Positions 59,359 to 64,000 of a stretch of DNA of 64,000 nt are shown piece after piece. The stretch spans positions 3,635 through 67,634 of the forward strand of contig JANYIT010000353.1 in assembly GCA_025358725.1 (NCBI GenBank), written 5' to 3'. The DNA comes from Chamaesiphon sp. GL140_3_metabinner_129_sub (GTDB lineage Bacteria; Cyanobacteriota; Cyanobacteriia; Cyanobacteriales; Chamaesiphonaceae). A program made the translations under genes and the position numbers. The notes beneath the pieces are model-generated. The model worked only from the letters and a program-made list of their open reading frames with translations. It was not told where the DNA came from and did not search any database. Numbering within the stretch: position 1 is the stretch's first letter; each line of letters opens with the position of its first letter.

Positions 59359-60799
59359 GACGATTCACCAAGGGCGACGCTACGCGAACGATTGCAGGTA
59401 GTTTTGCTGATGATTCCCCGTCAGAATATACGTTCAAAGTCGGACTATAGGAGTTCTTGGTAGCACTCCCAAATAGGGCTACTTTGTCAATTCCAACAGC
59501 GGATGGAATGATGGGCGAAATGCTTGGTGAGACTGAAGCTGAAGCTGAAGCTATTGATGGCGGCGATGGAATTGATGGTAAAGGTGCTTTAACGACGGGT
59601 CTAACCATCATTGGCAATAACAAATTGGCTTGCTGCTCATTGGCTGGGAGCGGTAGCGGCAGAGGGAGAAAATATGGTGTAGCTTGGAATCCAAGAATCG
59701 GCAGAGTGAAACAATAGCGGAAACTGAGTGTTTGTTGAACCGTCCCAGCTTTGACATTAGGCGATCTAGCAGACCATTTCGAGCCGCAGTCTCCAAAACC
59801 GATATAGGGAACCTCAAACCCCGAATCCTCTCGAACCCCAGCAGCAGTAAGCAAATCTCCAAGCAGTCCGTACCCACCCTTGAGCTGCAATCCAATCGGC
59901 GAGATCGTCCCGTTGTAAGGGTTTAAATTGCTGTCGGCAGCTATGGGGCTGAGTAATTCAACTGCATCGCAGTTTTTACAGGGGGCATTCGGTTCTTTAT
60001 TGCTACCTGCGGCAACTTTATCTCCATTGGCAACGCTCAGTTCTCTTTGCCCCGAATGGAGGAGATCGAATTTCAGCAGCGTCAATCCTGGAGGGATGGC
60101 ACCGATCTTGATAAAGTTATCAAAGGATAATTTAGAGATACCAGGCATGTCGGCAATATAGACCGTCTCACCTGGATTGCTGGGGTCGATCGGCGGTTTG
60201 CCGATAGCAGGATAGTCGCCGTATGGAGTATCAGTAACGCCAGGAAGGTTTGATGTCGGGGTGGAGGCTATAACATCCGCAGGGATAGGAGTTTTCCCTA
60301 ATGGACTATTAGCAAAGTCACCCACAGACTTATTAGGATCGGCAGCACTCCAGCTCGGAAAAACATCGCCAATCTTTAACTTAGCGAGCTGGGGATTTGC
60401 CGCTACAACCGAGGCAAAGGGCAATTTGCCAAAGAAAGGTAAGGCAGTAAGTTTGGTGTTGGCAAAAGCATTCGGATCGCCACCTGCATCGGTAGTTGCC
60501 GATTGTGGAGAATACTTACTCGCCCCCATCATCGATGCCATAGCTCCAGGAACGGCTTTAGGCAAGGGTGTTCCCGCAGTATACGAAAAGCTAGGAAGTT
60601 GCGGGATGCGTGGGTCAGCAACATAAGTCGCGGATGTGGTTGTGGGTGGACTATTGGCAAATGTAGCTGTAGATAGAGCCTTTTTAACTGCGGTTATTTG
60701 TTCGTCACTCAGTTTGGTGTCGCTGTTTTCAGCGCGAACTGGAAGCGACAAACAGCCGAGACTAAATAAAATAGCCAGAAACAGATTGCGATAAATCAT
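59342..60799 (-). CDS. conjugation-associated secreted protein
   Basis: Signal peptide; Cys pairs; GGYG.LG; FR.C...TPYF..P.P. Confidence 0.6.
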   Translation of the reverse strand: MIYRNLFLAILFSLGCLSLPVRAENSDTKLSDEQITAVKKALSTATFANSPPTTTSATYVADPRIPQLPSFSYTAGTPLPKAVPGAMASMMGASKYSPQSATTDAGGDPNAFANTKLTALPFFGKLPFASVVAANPQLAKLKIGDVFPSWSAADPNKSVGDFANSPLGKTPIPADVIASTPTSNLPGVTDTPYGDYPAIGKPPIDPSNPGETVYIADMPGISKLSFDNFIKIGAIPPGLTLLKFDLLHSGQRELSVANGDKVAAGSNKEPNAPCKNCDAVELLSPIAADSNLNPYNGTISPIGLQLKGGYGLLGDLLTAAGVREDSGFEVPYIGFGDCGSKWSARSPNVKAGTVQQTLSFRYCFTLPILGFQATPYFLPLPLPLPANEQQANLLLPMMVRPVVKAPLPSIPSPPSIASASASVSPSISPIIPSAVGIDKVALFGSATKNSYSPTLNVYSDGESSAKLPAIVRVASPLVNRHEKFG

Positions 60800-60800
60800 A

Positions 60801-61007
60801 TTACATTATCTCCTGAAAAATAGGGAAGACATACTCTTTTAAAAACATGAAAATACTCAAACTACCAGTGTAAATGTGATGAGTAGCTACGCTAATAGTT
60901 GAATAAACCGCGACTCTCATCGTGGCTATGAAAATTGGATGACGATGTTTGTAAAACCACTGTCCAACAGATTCCGATCTGTATCGTCTAAAAGTATGAA
61001 TTTGCAT
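60801..61007 (-). CDS. small membrane protein
   Basis: Tightly packed in the operon. Confidence 0.45.
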   Translation of the reverse strand: MQIHTFRRYRSESVGQWFYKHRHPIFIATMRVAVYSTISVATHHIYTGSLSIFMFLKEYVFPIFQEIM

Positions 61008-61157
61008 TTATTTAACTTGTTGTGGATAATTTGGTTTAAAGTAGCGCATCCCTCCATATAGTCCAGACACAACTCCAATTAGGGCACCTATGAAGGTAAT
61101 TATGACGATCGCTTGCAGGGCAAGGTGTTTTACCTGATGCCAATCTCTTCGGTTCAT
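61008..61157 (-). CDS. 49-aa single-TM protein (not in ORF track)
   Basis: MNRRDWHQVKHLALQAIVIITFIGALIGVVSGLYGGMRYFKPNYPQQVK; its stop abuts the next ATG. Confidence 0.6.
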   Translation of the reverse strand: MNRRDWHQVKHLALQAIVIITFIGALIGVVSGLYGGMRYFKPNYPQQVK

Positions 61158-61162
61158 GTGGA

Positions 61163-61669
61163 TTAGAATTTATTACTATTTTTACGATCTCCGTTGTAAA
61201 ATCCTGTCGGTGAAGTAGCCCCTCCAATGGAGGATCGATGGCTCGGTTGGCTGAGAATGGCGACTGGAGAAAATGTCATCACGCTATCATCAACCTGTTT
61301 GACTTTGACCACATTCACCGTTAGAACTCGCTTTCTACCTGCACGATCCGTAAGGATGACTTTGAGCGAACCATCAAGGTAACGACCGCTAGGACGGGCA
61401 CTAATATTTAGCAGAGAAGCATTGACACATTTATTGTTAGTGCAACCATCTGTAGTAATCACAAATGAATCGCGGAAACGTTCGGGATTATCAAAAAATA
61501 TCCGCTCGATGCGGCGATCGGTTGCCGACCAATCGAGTAGCTGTCCGGTGTTTTCGGATACATTGGCAATTACACTTTCTCTTTGGAGCGACACCGTGCC
61601 AGCCCTAGCAGTCAGGCTAGAAAGTAGAAATGAAAGTAGTACTAAAAGTGGGATTTTACTTAATAACAT
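61163..61669 (-). CDS. secreted T4SS-associated protein (VirB9-like position)
   Basis: Signal peptide; adjacent to the VirB10-like gene. Confidence 0.5.
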   Translation of the reverse strand: MLLSKIPLLVLLSFLLSSLTARAGTVSLQRESVIANVSENTGQLLDWSATDRRIERIFFDNPERFRDSFVITTDGCTNNKCVNASLLNISARPSGRYLDGSLKVILTDRAGRKRVLTVNVVKVKQVDDSVMTFSPVAILSQPSHRSSIGGATSPTGFYNGDRKNSNKF

Positions 61670-63842
61670 AATTGCCTTGAGAAGTCTGTATTGTTAGGGG
61701 TTGAGTTGGAGCAAATGGATAATTAGGGTTGAGAATTGGAGGTTGTGAAATTACTGCCTGACTTGGAGTTCCTGGGGGTTGAGTTGGAGTAGTCGTGAAA
61801 TCAGGACTGGTGCTTGGAGGCTGAAATGGATCGGTGGTGTAATTAGGGTTAGTGAGGGCTGGAGGTTGAGGGTTTACTGGCTGAATTGGAGCAGAATAGA
61901 AAGGACTGGGCGCAACGACATCCGCTCCGCTGGAATTAATGACAGATTGAGTAGACATCGGATTTAGTGGTGTTTCTACAATTAATGAAGTGGCTGAAGC
62001 GTTCAACCGAGCGACTTTTGATGCTGGGGTGGGTGGATAATTTTGGGCCGAACTCGAAGTTTGAGGTGTGTTATCGATCGGGATTTGGAATGTTGCAGCC
62101 TGGGCGACATATACGCGCACGAGCGTACCAGGCAGCAAGTAGCCGACTTTGCTCATCTTGTCTGCTTTAGTAGCAATCGCGTTGGCGCGGCTTACTTGAG
62201 ATTGAGCCAGGGGACTGAAAGCTCCCTTAAATAAAGCCCCTAAAATATTGGGACTGCCGTTATTTTGAGTCGAGATCGTCGTGCCAACTCCCACGCTCAC
62301 AGAGCTGCTATTCCCGCTGTTAATTAGAACGTTACCAATTTCAGCCGCGCCCCCAAAGATTGCAGCGCGGGTGTCCGCTGCGGCAATTTGCGAACCATTG
62401 ACCTCTTTGATTTGAGCGAATAGAGGCTGGTTGTCATTACCAGTAATGGCAAAGGCTCCAGCGGGAATATCGATCTGAGTATTGCCGTAAGTAACTTTTT
62501 TCGATACTGCCTGAATCATGCCGTTATCGGCAATCTGCAACTCAAATTCGATCGCCGTACCTACTGGTAGATGCCAACCGGAGCCAACCTCGATCGCTTT
62601 GTCGATCGTCACTGTTGCCAGAGCTTTTGAGTTTTGAGATATCCCTTCCCCATTGCTAATCAACGTGTAATAGGGAGTAGCCAGCTTACCAGACACTACC
62701 TGACCGACTGGTAAGCGCAGAATGGGCGACATTGCATTGCCTCCAGCAAGAGTGAGCGGTTGGTTCGTGGGCTTGGTCGGAGTTGAATCGTTCGGAATAC
62801 CACCATAATTAGCTAGGGCTGAGGCTTGTTCCCAATCTAGTCTTGGTTGTTGGACGATTCCGCCAAGCGGAGGCTTCGCCAACGGCTGGGTTGAAACAAT
62901 CGCAGGTTTTTGTTTGGTGATTCCGCCAAGCGGAGGCTTCGCCAACGGTTGGGTTGAAACAATCGTAGGTTTTGGCAGTCGTGCGATTCCGCCAAGCGGA
63001 GGCTTCGCCAACGGCTGGATTGGAGCGATCGCAGGTTTTGGTAGTCGTGCGATTCCACCAAGCGGAGGCTTCGCCAACGGCTGGATTGGAGCGATCTCTT
63101 TGGCTCGTGCGACTACCGTAGGTTGTGAGCTAAAAATCCGTGCGGAATTAGCATTGCCTCGACTGCGAAGCGATGCTAGTCTTTGTTGCTCTTTAACCAC
63201 TCCATTGCGAGCTTCGATTAGCTGTGAATTCTCACGCTGGAGAGACTGTCGCAGTGATGCCAGTTGAGTTAGTTCCTGTTGTTTCTGTTGTTGTAAGGAA
63301 GCTAATACAGACTTCTCTCGATCTGACGACTGCGTGTTATCGATCGGTTTAATTGCAGTAACAGGAGTAGGTTTAGTTGCCGTGACAGTCGCAACTGGAG
63401 GAGTTGTCGATGTAGTAGGGCTAGGGGTTGGGCTGGGTGATGCAGCTTTCGCCTGTTCTGCGGCAACTCTGGCTGCATCTGCTTTTTGCTGTTCCATCAC
63501 CAGCTTAGTTTTAAGGTCTGCAACTTCTTTTTGCTGTTCTGGGGTCGATTTAATAGCTTCGCCATTGGGTAGAGAATCAGGTTTCTTGGCAACTTGTGGA
63601 GCTGTCGCATTGCCCAGACCCCAGAGCAAGAGCATGGTGCCCACACCCAAAGTACTAAATAACCCCAATCCGATTAAGAGGATTTGAAGTTTTGGATTTT
63701 TTTGTTGCGGCTGCGAGTCTTCTTGTAAATCTGCCGCACTAGCAGGTTGAGATTGGGATTCTTGTGATAAATCACCGGATTTTGGTAATTCAATCCCCAT
63801 ATTTTTAGAAATTTCTGCAAGTGATAATTTTTGGGATGACAT
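61656..63842 (-). CDS. TrbI/VirB10-like protein
   Basis: TM, Pro-rich linker, coiled coil, C-terminal beta domain with P.GT and G..V.VYV. Confidence 0.65.
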   Translation of the reverse strand: MSSQKLSLAEISKNMGIELPKSGDLSQESQSQPASAADLQEDSQPQQKNPKLQILLIGLGLFSTLGVGTMLLLWGLGNATAPQVAKKPDSLPNGEAIKSTPEQQKEVADLKTKLVMEQQKADAARVAAEQAKAASPSPTPSPTTSTTPPVATVTATKPTPVTAIKPIDNTQSSDREKSVLASLQQQKQQELTQLASLRQSLQRENSQLIEARNGVVKEQQRLASLRSRGNANSARIFSSQPTVVARAKEIAPIQPLAKPPLGGIARLPKPAIAPIQPLAKPPLGGIARLPKPTIVSTQPLAKPPLGGITKQKPAIVSTQPLAKPPLGGIVQQPRLDWEQASALANYGGIPNDSTPTKPTNQPLTLAGGNAMSPILRLPVGQVVSGKLATPYYTLISNGEGISQNSKALATVTIDKAIEVGSGWHLPVGTAIEFELQIADNGMIQAVSKKVTYGNTQIDIPAGAFAITGNDNQPLFAQIKEVNGSQIAAADTRAAIFGGAAEIGNVLINSGNSSSVSVGVGTTISTQNNGSPNILGALFKGAFSPLAQSQVSRANAIATKADKMSKVGYLLPGTLVRVYVAQAATFQIPIDNTPQTSSSAQNYPPTPASKVARLNASATSLIVETPLNPMSTQSVINSSGADVVAPSPFYSAPIQPVNPQPPALTNPNYTTDPFQPPSTSPDFTTTPTQPPGTPSQAVISQPPILNPNYPFAPTQPLTIQTSQGNYVIK
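62855..63095 (-). repeat. four tandem coding repeats (QPLAKPPLGGI)
   Basis: GATTCC(G/A)CCAAGCGGAGGCTTCGCCAACGG four times at ~60-bp period. Confidence 0.9.
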
Positions 63843-63852
63843 CTAATTATTC

Positions 63853-64000
63853 CTATTTAATATTGGTAATTGAGATAACTTCTAAACCCTCAGCACGAGC
63901 AATCTGGGCGGCTTTAGCAATGCCGATATCCTCATATTTACGAGTGACTTCTGATAATAATGGTGGTGGCACCGCTCGCACGGTCATCTCGACGTTAATG
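63853..64000 (-). CDS. 3' end of an upstream T4SS gene (VirB8-like position), partial
   Basis: ...VRAVPPP...ARAEGLEVISITNIK*. Confidence 0.55.
   Translation of the reverse strand, partial: INVEMTVRAVPPPLLSEVTRKYEDIGIAKAAQIARAEGLEVISITNIK

Noticed and set aside
62855-63095. CRISPR-like ~30-bp repeats at ~60-bp period
   Set aside because: The spacers resemble each other, the array is in frame in a protein, and no cas genes are present.
1-64000. High density of CGATCG/GCGATCGC
   Set aside because: Ordinary cyanobacterial HIP1 background; useful only as a host clue.
1-64000. tRNA/rRNA genes and prophage att sites
   Set aside because: None recognisable by eye; a tRNAscan run and flanking sequence would be needed.

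Overview
Cyanobacterial DNA, inferred from the very frequent HIP1 core CGATCG and typical cyanobacterial repeats and IS ends. It is almost entirely accessory or mobile. (1) 1-21.3 kb is the tail module of a long-tailed prophage or phage-like element. It holds a LamG-repeat protein, head-tail connectors, a tail tube, a tail chaperone with an intact -1 frameshift and a ~3,300-aa tape measure carrying an embedded alpha/beta-hydrolase-like domain. It also has several self-contained 'moron' cassettes. Three of these encode antirepressor-like DNA-binding proteins and share a covarying structured 5' leader that I do not recognise. (2) 21.7-37.7 kb is a cargo block of secreted, TPR, membrane and transport genes with an IS66-type MITE, a group II intron remnant, an IS4 element and a eukaryote-like LRR protein. 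(3) 38.9-44 kb holds a repeat array and a 1,451-aa single-subunit two-barrel (DFDGD) RNA-polymerase-like protein. (4) 44-50.6 kb holds DegT, a truncated AAA ATPase and B3/4 gene, IS701, a TyrRS, uridine kinase and a GNAT/DUF1778 toxin-antitoxin pair. (5) 50.7-64 kb is a minus-strand conjugation (T4SS/VirD4) operon running off the right edge. All calls come from reading motifs by eye; no database searches were run.
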